Both the position numbers and the translations under genes were made by a program. Of a stretch of 50,613 nt of DNA, positions 19,201 to 27,586 are shown piece after piece. Every line of letters begins with the position of its first letter. Position 1 is the stretch's first letter. Below the pieces are notes generated by a model. It worked only from the letters and a program-made list of their open reading frames with translations, ran no database searches and had not been told where the DNA came from. Source of the DNA: Verrucomicrobiales bacterium (GTDB lineage: Bacteria; Verrucomicrobiota; Verrucomicrobiia; Methylacidiphilales; JAAUTS01); contig JAISBF010000088.1 in the NCBI GenBank assembly GCA_031266335.1, forward strand, positions 1 to 50,613. Reading direction: 5' to 3'.

Positions 19201-20096
19201 CGCTTGACCACTGGCTGTTCCGCCAGAGCCAGATGTGGCGCGCGGTGCCGCCGGGCATACAGTTGCAATACGAGGATTACTGGCCGGCGCAAATGTTCGG
19301 TCAATGGCTGATCAAGCAATTCGGCACCGAGGCCGAGGCGCGCGCGGCGCTGGCGCCGGATTATCCCACCGCCAGCGGCTGGACCAGCGGCTTGAACGCG
19401 GACTGGGCGTCGCTCGGCCTGCCGACCGGCAAAAATTTGTGGGCGGTGCATCGCAAGGAGCTCACCATCAGCGACGGCTGGTTTGACGACCTGCGCGGCG
19501 TTGAACTGATCTGGACTTGGGGTCGCCGCAACGTTATGGAGCTGTGGGTCAACGGCAGCGTCATTGTCAGCGGCGCGAACACGGATCACGAAAAATTATT
19601 CGCCGTGCTCAAGCCGGGCAACAATATCGTCACGCTGCTGGTGCGCGCCGAGGACGACGGCAACGGCGGGCGCATCAATGAATTTATGTTCGCGCGGGTG
19701 CCCGGCAAGCACGGCGAGGCGCTGACGGTGAACGACAACTGGACGGTGTATCCCGACGAAACCACGCCGCAGCCGGTGAGTTTTCCGGCCAAGGGCGAGT
19801 GGATGCTCGCGCGCAAGAAAATCACCGTGCCTGAGAAATATCGTGACTGCGAGGTGTGGCTGGAGGCGCGCGGCGCGACGATTGGCGCGGTCAACGGGCG
19901 CTCGCGCTACAACAGCAACAACTACGGCGCGCGCAACCGCCGCGCGGCACTGCTCATCAACGTCACGCCCGACATCAAGTTCGGCGCTGACAATGACGTG
20001 TGGCTCGGCGCCGGCAACTGGAACGACGGCATCCGCCCCGGCCCGATGGACTTGCAGGATGTGAAACTGTGGTTCATCCCGCGCGGGAAAAAATAA
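16248..20096 (+). CDS. Giant lipoprotein, family A (A2); paralog of A1
   Basis: The ATG at 16248 gives MKWKNIIWVALVVAGVGWLAGC (lipobox LAGC). The 1282-aa product shows high collinear identity to A1 along its whole length. Confidence 0.8.
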   Translation: MKWKNIIWVALVVAGVGWLAGCDKESETKNYNLRVYGPLTVTRNDHGARIAAADADKARIVWSKIFADFTTLPTVSEREVRAGRTALKALVFESGRALLPVLQDGASIVTVYSFDTPAALDEFLQSSSAQLAGAKYHDRREHPYFLDLWDRHAMSFWYSPNRTGGHAKPGMTDDGDFDFFRQHQLGVNAAGVNGPIAERARRYDLGYKFNRWMDVSSYVYDKYPQDTHVGDPDSTHWNDYYGDVPFAENRLERGQGADLQEFLRQYADDDHLMSVTDPHGETGPGAADYMGWRARDESSRRSFIAYLRDTRQLTVSALGERWYGDAQRFKSWDDVQFPRERDFYGWQDGASQDLSGEWKLRVMKRADGEQAKLFDPAVSDANWFPFAMPGTEAFAFRFWRETTDGAWLRFTFKADANLLRKAADGQPVYLTVCPFNYALYANPTSVWFNGQKLGDLTLGYGEEWGQFDVTKILTAGDNTLTVFAPNGHIKGPRFLTTKRAEEFPTPDKQLNARLYDLREWVADNTARSNARAIEIIRGADADRPVKMMAFYSMIDVMMPWLEQLGGYPHCTGEGAYFRPWFKRFGYLRGIQSSAEPSGPAGDLRGLRRIYFTLQMEGGNALDYFIHLHSVTADPEMKAWFERNAGYLQLMGRFDLKKPEVAIARSWRIERVFIPWPTMPADSGYQNDLGRGDMYQAHYSYVYTSERELADGLLKNYRVIIDDNFHTLNPADVDNLEKWVADGGTLVLNQRSGRNTYEEANSWPIEKLTGCVATVRPMGGKVTFEANPEILKAYAGKTFADTGNVTDWQQHTYYHDSISLAAKDGVTVSVIARYEDGAPAIVTRQLGKGRVIVLGSAFYRDSSDVDGYYVGSHAQAQFYQHLLGELGVQPVIVSEQDSLWSERFVSNNGSTELLVLGNAHGTEPLKSGSAVWELDFAPRRVFDPVTGATLPVKIEGRKVTVSVQDLLPYDLRYFAVERTDGTAVDALDHWLFRQSQMWRAVPPGIQLQYEDYWPAQMFGQWLIKQFGTEAEARAALAPDYPTASGWTSGLNADWASLGLPTGKNLWAVHRKELTISDGWFDDLRGVELIWTWGRRNVMELWVNGSVIVSGANTDHEKLFAVLKPGNNIVTLLVRAEDDGNGGRINEFMFARVPGKHGEALTVNDNWTVYPDETTPQPVSFPAKGEWMLARKKITVPEKYRDCEVWLEARGATIGAVNGRSRYNSNNYGARNRRAALLINVTPDIKFGADNDVWLGAGNWNDGIRPGPMDLQDVKLWFIPRGKK

Positions 20097-20135
20097 ACAA
20101 CTGACCTTGTAAAATTACGGCGTCAAGCTCCGGAC

Positions 20136-20342
20136 TTGACTCTGGCGGAACTCAAACGCCAGTTGATTAGACTGGAACGCTTGCCGCCATCGGTTAGGCA
20201 TTACGGTGGTTTGGCTATACACGAAGACGCTCTGTGTCCGGGAGACGTCATCATGGACAATCTTTCTGCGCATCACGGTACGCAAGTCGGCAAACGGATT
20301 CATGCTGCCACCTGGTTCCATTCCCGCGTTTACCATCCGTAA
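20136..20342 (+). pseudogene. IS630-family DDE transposase remnant (C-terminal fragment, frameshifted and truncated)
   Basis: PGDVIMDNLSAHHGTQV matches the IS630/Tc1 motif D-N-x-x-x-H around the catalytic region. The expected LxFLPxYSP continues in another frame (LVPFPRLPS), then homology stops. There is no N-terminal part. Confidence 0.6.
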
Positions 20343-20426
20343 TCCAAAAAAATTTTAAAAAGATGTTGCAATTTTCTCGTCATCCAACTAATATCCACAT
20401 TGGAAATTCAACCAAAGGAAAATGAT

Positions 20427-20675
20427 ATGAGTAAAATTATAGTAAACGCAGTCAGAGCCGGGTGCCTTCTTTTAATGACCTTAGCGGTAGTACATGCTTC
20501 TTGTTATGTAGCAGTAAACTGCAGTACAGGAGGAACGAATTGTTTTTCATCGCCCACAGCTGGCACTGCTCCAATTGAGGCAAATGGCCATAATCAAGGC
20601 AGTGAGTCCTGTGGAACAACGGAAGCAGGATCCCCTTGCGGAAGCCTCGCTGTAATTGGTACATGTAAATTGTAA
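20427..20675 (+). CDS. Small secreted Cys/Gly/Ser/Thr-rich peptide (82 aa)
   Basis: AAGGA lies 7 nt upstream of the ATG at 20427. The signal-like N-terminus is MSKIIVNAVRAGCLLLMTLAVVHA and the mature part has six Cys. A perfect 13-bp stem terminator lies 20 nt downstream. Low GC. Confidence 0.55.
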   Translation: MSKIIVNAVRAGCLLLMTLAVVHASCYVAVNCSTGGTNCFSSPTAGTAPIEANGHNQGSESCGTTEAGSPCGSLAVIGTCKL

Positions 20676-20694
20676 TTTTATCCAAAATATGAAT

Positions 20695-20727
20695 AAACAG
20701 AAGCATGGGCATCTCATGCTTCTGTTT
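20695..20727 (+). terminator. Rho-independent-type hairpin
   Basis: AAACAGAAGCATG-ggcatct-CATGCTTCTGTTT forms a perfect 13-bp stem with a 7-nt loop, followed by GTTT. Confidence 0.6.
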
Positions 20728-20988
20728 GTTTCATAAATATGCCCCCTCATTATAGTATGGAGGCGGAACATTTCTACTGCTGTATAGAGCAAGACTACTT
20801 ATTCTGCCCAATTCCACCCAAGGTGATAACTGATATAATAGAGTAGAGTTGTTGGCTGACAATTAAATCGGTTGTTAGGTTGCCATCCCCACAGTGACGA
20901 GAAAGTGATTAGTTTTACCAATTGTGGAATTAGAACTATAAGTATTACCGAATAATTAATGCAATAAAATAACCAAACAAGATTAATT

Positions 20989-21948
20989 ATGAAATGTAGA
21001 ATCATTGAATTAATAATAGCAATGGGATTGTTATCATCAAACATACTTTTGGCACAAAGACATAATTCTTTGACATCAGAATTAGATACTTTGAAAAAAA
21101 ATGCCCAAGCTTTACAAAGTTATTATTATAATGCGAAAGTGCATAAAATCGTAATTCCGGGACTTGAGAGCGAAATAAACGAAAATAATCCATTATGCAA
21201 ACAAACAATTGATATTACCGTTGGTGTTTTTAATAATAAACACTTGGTTGAAGTGAAGTGTCATGATGGTAATCGTAAATTATTTGATTCAATAATAAGC
21301 TGTTATGATGGGGAATTATGGTCTTGGCTTGACGGCCGCTTGCATGTTATGTTTTTTTCAAAAAAAAGACACAGACGACTTTATTCGCTGGCCGGAACCC
21401 ATCCGTTAGGTTTAATTTATGGTTTTATTAATTTTAAAAATGATGGTGGTAATATGGTCTGTACTTATCCACTGGATATAATGAATGATGTCGGATGGGA
21501 ACAATTGTCCAGGGAAGCAGCATTAATTGCACTTGATGGCAAACAATTTACTTTTTCTGTCACGGGCACCGATGATTATACCCAAAAACAATATTTTGAC
21601 GAAATAACGGTAGATAAGGAAACTTACCTTCCCATTATGTTAAAACGCTATAATTTTGAATCAAATATCAAGGGCGCATTGACATACCAACATGAGATAA
21701 AAGAGATTGGCAGACTCAAATTAGGTTCTCAGACTGTTTATTACCCAAAAACACTGGAAATTGCCCGTTATCATCCGCCCGCTGTTGCGGGACAGGAACG
21801 AGGTAATCTTTATTACACCATTTCAACCGTTGTTACCGACATCAAAAATATTAATAAAGACGACGACATGGACTTTTCCATAGACCCAACTTTGGCCAAG
21901 GCGATTGTGGATGTGGATAGGGATGTGTGGATCGATATACCAAAATAA
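20989..21948 (+). CDS. Hypothetical secreted/anchored protein (low-GC island)
   Basis: 319-aa ORF with hydrophobic N-terminus MKCRIIELIIAMGLLSSNILLA and AT-rich codon usage unlike the flanking genome. No family was recognised. Confidence 0.65.
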   Translation: MKCRIIELIIAMGLLSSNILLAQRHNSLTSELDTLKKNAQALQSYYYNAKVHKIVIPGLESEINENNPLCKQTIDITVGVFNNKHLVEVKCHDGNRKLFDSIISCYDGELWSWLDGRLHVMFFSKKRHRRLYSLAGTHPLGLIYGFINFKNDGGNMVCTYPLDIMNDVGWEQLSREAALIALDGKQFTFSVTGTDDYTQKQYFDEITVDKETYLPIMLKRYNFESNIKGALTYQHEIKEIGRLKLGSQTVYYPKTLEIARYHPPAVAGQERGNLYYTISTVVTDIKNINKDDDMDFSIDPTLAKAIVDVDRDVWIDIPK

Positions 21949-21952
21949 GATT

Positions 21953-22966
21953 ATGCGACTTTTATTTACCATATTAAGTCTCGTCATTTGTTTTTGTATT
22001 GCTGCCTGTAAGGAAAAGCGCCAAATTCATTCGATTAACATTAAGGCTGGAGGTCAATACCATTCGGCTGCCGGTGACATATTTCAGTTTGGAGAGATTA
22101 ATCGAATATTAATTTTAAAGAATAATGAAGATAATGAGATTACTTTCAATAAAATTGAAACGACCTGTGGTTGTAGTAATCTAGCATTGGAAAATGAGAC
22201 AATTTTACCGAATGCAACGACCGCGTTACACCTCACCTTAAAGGCGCAAAATAGGAAAGGTCCTTTTTACGTAATTGCCACATTGTTTTATAAAATAAAA
22301 AATGAAACGGAAGTTAAAAATTTTAGAATCCGTTTTGATGCAAATGCCGTTACGCCAGCGGATGTCGAACCAGATCGTATAGATCTTCCAGATTTGGATA
22401 TTGCTGGTATTCCCCAGGTTATTAAGGTGGATGTTCGGCGTAATAAGACGCCCATTCAATGGGATGATATTTTAATTTCAACAAAAAAGCTCCCCGCAGT
22501 CATCAGTAGGATAGATAATGATCATTACGAGATAAATATAAAGGTTGATCCCGGTAAGGTAAATATAGTTGGCTCTGTCAGCGATGAATTGGAAATTTTA
22601 TTAACCAGAGCGGATGAGGTAAAACCAATTGTTATTACGGTTCCAATACAAGGGAAAATTATATCTAAGCACTCAGTTAAGCCCGCAAGTATTTTTATGG
22701 GATCGGTAAAGGTTGGCGATATTAAAAAAGGGAGTGTAAATATTAAATTGGCTAATCAAACAAAACTTGTGAAAGCAGAAATTGAAGATATGGACAAGGC
22801 CAGTGTTGCCGTGAAAGGTGGATCTAATAATGAATATATCATTGAGTATGCATGTGTTATACCTGAATCTAAGACTGGGTATTTAAGGGGAAATTTGCAA
22901 CTTATGTTAAATGATAATGAAAAACAGTATTACTTGGTTATTCCAATAGTTGGTTACTTACAATAA
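21953..22966 (+). CDS. DUF1573-like lipoprotein (low-GC island)
   Basis: The ATG at 21953 gives MRLLFTILSLVICFCIAAC (lipobox). TTCGCSNL...LPNATTALHLTL matches the CGC-containing DUF1573 Ig-like repeat, and a second similar repeat follows. Confidence 0.7.
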   Translation: MRLLFTILSLVICFCIAACKEKRQIHSINIKAGGQYHSAAGDIFQFGEINRILILKNNEDNEITFNKIETTCGCSNLALENETILPNATTALHLTLKAQNRKGPFYVIATLFYKIKNETEVKNFRIRFDANAVTPADVEPDRIDLPDLDIAGIPQVIKVDVRRNKTPIQWDDILISTKKLPAVISRIDNDHYEINIKVDPGKVNIVGSVSDELEILLTRADEVKPIVITVPIQGKIISKHSVKPASIFMGSVKVGDIKKGSVNIKLANQTKLVKAEIEDMDKASVAVKGGSNNEYIIEYACVIPESKTGYLRGNLQLMLNDNEKQYYLVIPIVGYLQ

Positions 22967-22989
22967 TAATAATAAAAGGTAAAAAAGGT

Positions 22990-23088
22990 CTCATAAAAGA
23001 AATTAGTCTTTATTTTTGACAGATGGGCAGAATTGAAAGCAGCGAACGAAAAGAATTTGTCAAAAAATGCAGACTAACCCCTTTCTCA
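22990..23088 (+). repeat. Palindromic ~100-bp repeat, copy 1
   Basis: ...TAGTCTTTATTTTTGACAGATGGGCAGAATTGAAAGCAGCGAACGAAAAGAATTTGTCAAAAAATGCAGACTAACCCCTTT. The arms are inverted repeats around a conserved ~36-nt centre. Confidence 0.8.
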
Positions 23089-23215
23089 CTTTCTACAGTT
23101 GAAAAATAATCGGCAAGTAATCGTTAATCACGGGGCCTGAGATTAACGCCCCGCCGCCGGCTGGCAAGGCTTATTTGCATTGTCAGCGGCCGTGCCGCAC
23201 GCATAGGATTGGCCC

Positions 23216-24106
23216 ATGCCGCTGACGGTCACCTCCGAACTCAACCGGCGCGTCCGCGCTCTGGCGGAGCCGGATAATTATTGGCGGGGCCGGACGCCTG
23301 CCGAGCCGTTGCGTCCCGTGAACATCCTCGTGTTCCGCCGTCGCAGCGTGGCGGAGTTGCGCGCCGGCGCTGATTTTCCGCACCAACACCACCGCCACGT
23401 GCTCATCACCGCCCTGCGCGGCGCGGGCCGGGTCGGGGTGGATACGCGCGTCTGGCCGGTGCGCGAAGGGCAGAGTTTGCTGGTGCTGCCGTTCCAAACG
23501 CACTGGCACGAGCTTCCGGCGGCGGAAAAAATCCTGTGGCTGTTCGTCACCTTCGAGCACGGGCGGGACGCGCGGCTGGAGCGATTGCGCGACCGCGGGC
23601 AGGTCAGTCTCACCGTCAGCGAGCGGGATTTGCCGCGCGATTTTATCCGCGCGTGGTCAGCGTCAGCGGAGACACTCGGATTGCGCCTGTCGCTGTGGTT
23701 GCACGCGCTCACGCAAAAAATCAACCGCGCCGCGCTGCCCAACCTCGCTGTCAGTCACGCCAAAAAACCGGAGTTGGTAGCGGAAATCAACCGGCTGTTT
23801 TTTGCCGACCGCGAAAAAACGCTGCGGCTGGCGCATCTCGCCAAGCGACTGCGTGTCTCGGTCAGCCTGTTGCGCGCCGAATTTCACCGCGCGACCGGAA
23901 AATCAGTCGGCAAATATGTGCGCGAGTTGAAATTGCAATACGGCTGCGAATTGCTCCACGACATGGCGTGGCCAGTGGGCGAAGTCGCCACCCGCTGCGG
24001 CTACGACTCGGTGTTTTCCTTCAGCCGCGCGTTTCACCGGCGTTATCAGATGTCGCCGAGCCGTTACCGGCAAATGGTCGGCGCGCGCGCAACCGCGGGC
24101 CGCTGA
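23216..24106 (+). CDS. AraC-family transcriptional regulator (cupin sensor + HTH)
   Basis: The C-terminal AraC HTH signature is LAKRLRVSVSLLRAEFHRATGKSVGKYVRELKLQYGCELL...GYDSVFSFSRAFHRRYQMSPSRYR. Confidence 0.9.
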   Translation: MPLTVTSELNRRVRALAEPDNYWRGRTPAEPLRPVNILVFRRRSVAELRAGADFPHQHHRHVLITALRGAGRVGVDTRVWPVREGQSLLVLPFQTHWHELPAAEKILWLFVTFEHGRDARLERLRDRGQVSLTVSERDLPRDFIRAWSASAETLGLRLSLWLHALTQKINRAALPNLAVSHAKKPELVAEINRLFFADREKTLRLAHLAKRLRVSVSLLRAEFHRATGKSVGKYVRELKLQYGCELLHDMAWPVGEVATRCGYDSVFSFSRAFHRRYQMSPSRYRQMVGARATAGR

Positions 24107-24141
24107 CCGTGATAATAGCTCGCGCCCAGCCGCCAAGTTTT

Positions 24142-24924
24142 TTAAAAGCGCTGCCAGTCCGGTTTGTTCTCATGCACCCAGCGGTAATATTCACGCCGCC
24201 GCAAGTCACCGGCGGCGGCTTGGTCGAGGAACAGCACCGCGCGCGGATGCAGTTGCAGCGCGGACGCCGGCACTGACGCGGTGACGGGGCCTTCGACGGC
24301 GGCGGCAACGGCGCGGGCCTTCGCCGGGCCAAACGCGAACAGCAGCACCGTGCGCGCGTCCATGATGGTGCCGACGCCCATGGTGATGACGTGGCGCGGC
24401 TGCTCGCCGGGGTCGGTGAAATGGCGCGCGTTGTCGCGCAGCGTCTCCATCGTCAGCGTCTTGACGCGGGTGCGCGAGGCCAGCGAAGAACTCGGCTCGT
24501 TGAAACCGATGTGACCGTCAGCGCCAATGCCTAACACTTGCAAATCAATGCCCCCGGCGGCGGCGATTTGTTCCTCGTACCGGCGGCACGCGGCGGGCAC
24601 GTCGGCGGCAAGGCCGTCGGGCAGATGGGCGCGCGCGGCGCTGAGGTTGACCTGGTGGAAAAAATTTTCGCGCATATAAAAATGATAGGAAGCCGGGTGC
24701 GCCGGCGCGAGGCCGAGATACTCGTCCAGATTGAACGTGGTCACGCGGCTGAAATCCAAGCCCTCCTCGCGGTGCCGGCGGATGAGTTCGCGGTAGAGCG
24801 TCAGCGGCGTGCTGCCGGTGGCAAGCCCCAACACGGCGGCGGGCTTGCGCCGGATGAGCGCGTCAATCACTGCGGCACCGGCCAGACTGGCGGCGTCAGC
24901 GTCGGGTTGAATGATGATTTCCAT
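24142..24924 (-). CDS. nagB: Glucosamine-6-phosphate deaminase
   Basis: 260 aa with LGLATGSTPLTLY, FNLDEYLGL and GIGADGHIGFNEPSSSL, which are canonical NagB motifs. Confidence 0.92.
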   Translation of the reverse strand: MEIIIQPDADAASLAGAAVIDALIRRKPAAVLGLATGSTPLTLYRELIRRHREEGLDFSRVTTFNLDEYLGLAPAHPASYHFYMRENFFHQVNLSAARAHLPDGLAADVPAACRRYEEQIAAAGGIDLQVLGIGADGHIGFNEPSSSLASRTRVKTLTMETLRDNARHFTDPGEQPRHVITMGVGTIMDARTVLLFAFGPAKARAVAAAVEGPVTASVPASALQLHPRAVLFLDQAAAGDLRRREYYRWVHENKPDWQRF

Positions 24925-24926
24925 AA

Positions 24927-25799
24927 TCAGCGTCCGAGTTGGCGGTTTAATTTTTCAACGACCTCGCGTTTGAAACGTTCAATCGCGCTGACGGTAAAAT
25001 CCGCGACATCCAGCGTCGAATTCACCATCAGCGGCGTCAAATTCATGGCGAATGCCGCCGCCTCGCAACGGTCGGTGGCGCGGCTGTCGAGAAACGTCGC
25101 GTTGGCGCGGCGGCGGCCGCTGACGGCAAGGTCGTAGCGTTTGCCGGCGGCGATTTGCGAAGTGAAGACACCGCTCAGCGCGTCGGCCAGCGCCCCGCTG
25201 CCGGTGAGGTCGTGCACAATTTTTTCGTCATCGGGCAACCAATCCAGCCCGCGCCACACTTCGCAGCCGTACACCGTCTCCGGCTGACCGTCAGCGGGCA
25301 GCGCGCGCAAGGCCGCCAGCAGCGCGACCAGCACGGCGAGATGCGTTTCGTGTTTGTCAGCGGGGTTGTGCGTGTACACCACGCGCGGGCGGGTCGCCGT
25401 CAAAATTTCGCGCAAATCGGCGGCCAACTCGCCGTTGACCCCGCCGCTGATGGTGACGCTGGGAAAATCCAGTTGTGCCATCAACGCGAACTCACCGAGA
25501 CTGGCCGCGCGGTTTTGTTCCTCGCGCCGCGTCGCCCGCAATTTCCCGCCGCTGACGGTGGCGAATTTTCCACCGCGCGGGCTGCCCGCGCCATCGGTGC
25601 AAACCACGCCGGCAAACCAGCGGTCATCGCGTTGAAAACATTCCGCGATGCCGTGCAGCGCCATGAACTCCAAATCGTCTTGATGCGCGCCGACGCCGAG
25701 ATGCGTGACGCGCGCGCACGCCTCGGCGAGCGGCTTGCCGTCAGGCACGAACACGCTGGCGGCGGGGCGGCTGAGTTTCACGACAACCTCCGGCGGCAA
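24927..25799 (-). CDS. PIG-L/LmbE-family N-acetylglucosaminyl deacetylase
   Basis: VGAHQDDLEF (AHPDDxE-type zinc motif) and HNPADKHETH. It lies 3 nt from nagB. Confidence 0.85.
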   Translation of the reverse strand: MPPEVVVKLSRPAASVFVPDGKPLAEACARVTHLGVGAHQDDLEFMALHGIAECFQRDDRWFAGVVCTDGAGSPRGGKFATVSGGKLRATRREEQNRAASLGEFALMAQLDFPSVTISGGVNGELAADLREILTATRPRVVYTHNPADKHETHLAVLVALLAALRALPADGQPETVYGCEVWRGLDWLPDDEKIVHDLTGSGALADALSGVFTSQIAAGKRYDLAVSGRRRANATFLDSRATDRCEAAAFAMNLTPLMVNSTLDVADFTVSAIERFKREVVEKLNRQLGR

Positions 25800-27541
25800 T
25801 CCCGCGCCGCCGCCGTCAATACCTCGCGGATGCGGAAATACTCTGACGGCTTGTTACGTCGGCGCCACACGGCGGCGAGGCGGCGCTCCAGTTCCAGTAA
25901 TCGCGCGGTCATGCGAGTCACTGTCAACGGCTTGATTTTCGTCCGTCCGGCGCGGGCGAGTCGGAAAATAAAATATTCCTCCATGACTTGCAGCCCTAGC
26001 AAACCGGTCTCGATTTCCGCCACCGTCAGCGGGTCGGTGGGACGGGATTTTTTCAACACCGTCAGCGCCCGCCGCGACAACCGCCGGATTCTTGTCAACG
26101 CGGTGGCGTGCTCCCGCGCGGGATGAATGAACCCGGCCTGACCGTGTTGCACGGGCAGACCGTCAGCGTCGAACCAGCCTTCGTCAAAGTCCCGCGAGCG
26201 CGGCTGGAACAAGTGGCACAACGCCACCCAGCCGGCGCGCCGTGCGCTGACGGTGTCGCTTAACAAGCCTAGCAATTTCCCACCCAGGTCGCCGAGCACG
26301 AGCCGCGAGGCGGCGGCGTTGAAGCGGCTCATCGTCAGCGTCGCCGACCGCGCGTGCCACGCGGCGGACGCGCCGAGCACGAGGCCGGGCACGGATGGGC
26401 CTAGCGTGTTGATATGCCCAAAGTCACCCCAATCCGTGTTGAGCAGACCGCGCGCGCCGAGCCGCTGACCGTGACGGGCGAAGCGTGTGATGTTGCGGTG
26501 CGCGGCGGGATAATCCGGCAGCCAGTTGTTCCACCCGCGCACGCCGGTGCAAAGGTAAAACGGCCGGCCCGACTTGGCGAACAGCGGCGCGCGGCGCAAA
26601 TGCGGGCGCGGGCCGTAATCCCATTCCAGCATCACAGCGTCAGCGGGCAATTCGCTCATCAACAGCGGGTCAATCACATCGCCCCAGAACAACGGCGTCG
26701 CGCCGCAGTCGCTGACGATGGCCATGATTTTTTTCAGAAAGTCCAAATACAACCGCCTCACACCGATCCGCTCCGCCAGCGCACGGTTGCGGCCTTTGCC
26801 GAGGTCGAAGGTTTCGTCGGCGCAGATGTTGAAAAATATTGAGCGGAACAGCGGACGCACCTCGCGGATGATTTCTTCTACCAATTTGATAGAGCGCGGG
26901 TTTTGGCAATCCAGCGTGTAATGCTGCATCCGGTCGTGAAAGTTGAATGGGTCGCCGCTGACGTTCACCTCCAGTTCGTTCAACTCAGGAAACTCGCGGA
27001 CCATCCACGTGTAAAAATGTCCGAACGTGCTGAACGACGGCACCAAGTCAATGTGCCGCGCGGCGCAGTAATCATCCAGCGCGCGGATTTCAGCCGCCGT
27101 CAGCGGGTCGGCGTCACGCCAGACGGCGGGATATTTTTTGAACGCGTAAGTGTGCTCGATGTACAATTCGAGGTGGTTGAGCTTATATTGCGCGCAAGTG
27201 TCGGCGAGCGCGAGCAGCGTCTTGAGCGTCGGCACCTTGCCGCGCGACACGTCGTGATAAAAACCACGCACCGGAAAATCCGGCCAGTCGCTGACCGTGA
27301 GGCGCGGGCGGGCGGCGGGAAACTGCCGGTCAATTTGCCGCAACGTCTGCCGCGCGTAGCACACCCCGGCCTCGTCATTGGCAAAGATTTGCGTGTTAGC
27401 GCCGCTGATGGTAAGCCGGTACGCGCCGGCCTCGCGCCGCGCGACGAGCTTGTCGCCAACGTTGACCGTGACGCGGCGCGAGTCGCAAAAACCGCGCTGA
27501 CGGTGAACCCTTTTCGGCGGCGGCAACAGGTCAAGTTTCAT
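25778..27541 (-). CDS. GH20-like beta-N-acetylhexosaminidase
   Basis: RGFYHDVSRGKVPTLKTLLALADTCAQYKLNHLELYIEH and ICADETFDLG match GH20 catalytic-domain patterns. It overlaps the downstream deacetylase gene by 22 nt. Confidence 0.8.
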   Translation of the reverse strand: MKLDLLPPPKRVHRQRGFCDSRRVTVNVGDKLVARREAGAYRLTISGANTQIFANDEAGVCYARQTLRQIDRQFPAARPRLTVSDWPDFPVRGFYHDVSRGKVPTLKTLLALADTCAQYKLNHLELYIEHTYAFKKYPAVWRDADPLTAAEIRALDDYCAARHIDLVPSFSTFGHFYTWMVREFPELNELEVNVSGDPFNFHDRMQHYTLDCQNPRSIKLVEEIIREVRPLFRSIFFNICADETFDLGKGRNRALAERIGVRRLYLDFLKKIMAIVSDCGATPLFWGDVIDPLLMSELPADAVMLEWDYGPRPHLRRAPLFAKSGRPFYLCTGVRGWNNWLPDYPAAHRNITRFARHGQRLGARGLLNTDWGDFGHINTLGPSVPGLVLGASAAWHARSATLTMSRFNAAASRLVLGDLGGKLLGLLSDTVSARRAGWVALCHLFQPRSRDFDEGWFDADGLPVQHGQAGFIHPAREHATALTRIRRLSRRALTVLKKSRPTDPLTVAEIETGLLGLQVMEEYFIFRLARAGRTKIKPLTVTRMTARLLELERRLAAVWRRRNKPSEYFRIREVLTAAARDCRRRLS

Positions 27542-27586
27542 AAAATGGATTTATTCCCCGCTGATAATTAGTCAAAATCACCAAAT

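Noticed and set aside
20799-21044. An 81-aa minus-strand hydrophobic ORF in the low-GC island.
   Set aside because: It overlaps the start of the better-supported plus-strand gene at 20989 and has no RBS. AT-rich DNA readily yields hydrophobic spurious ORFs.
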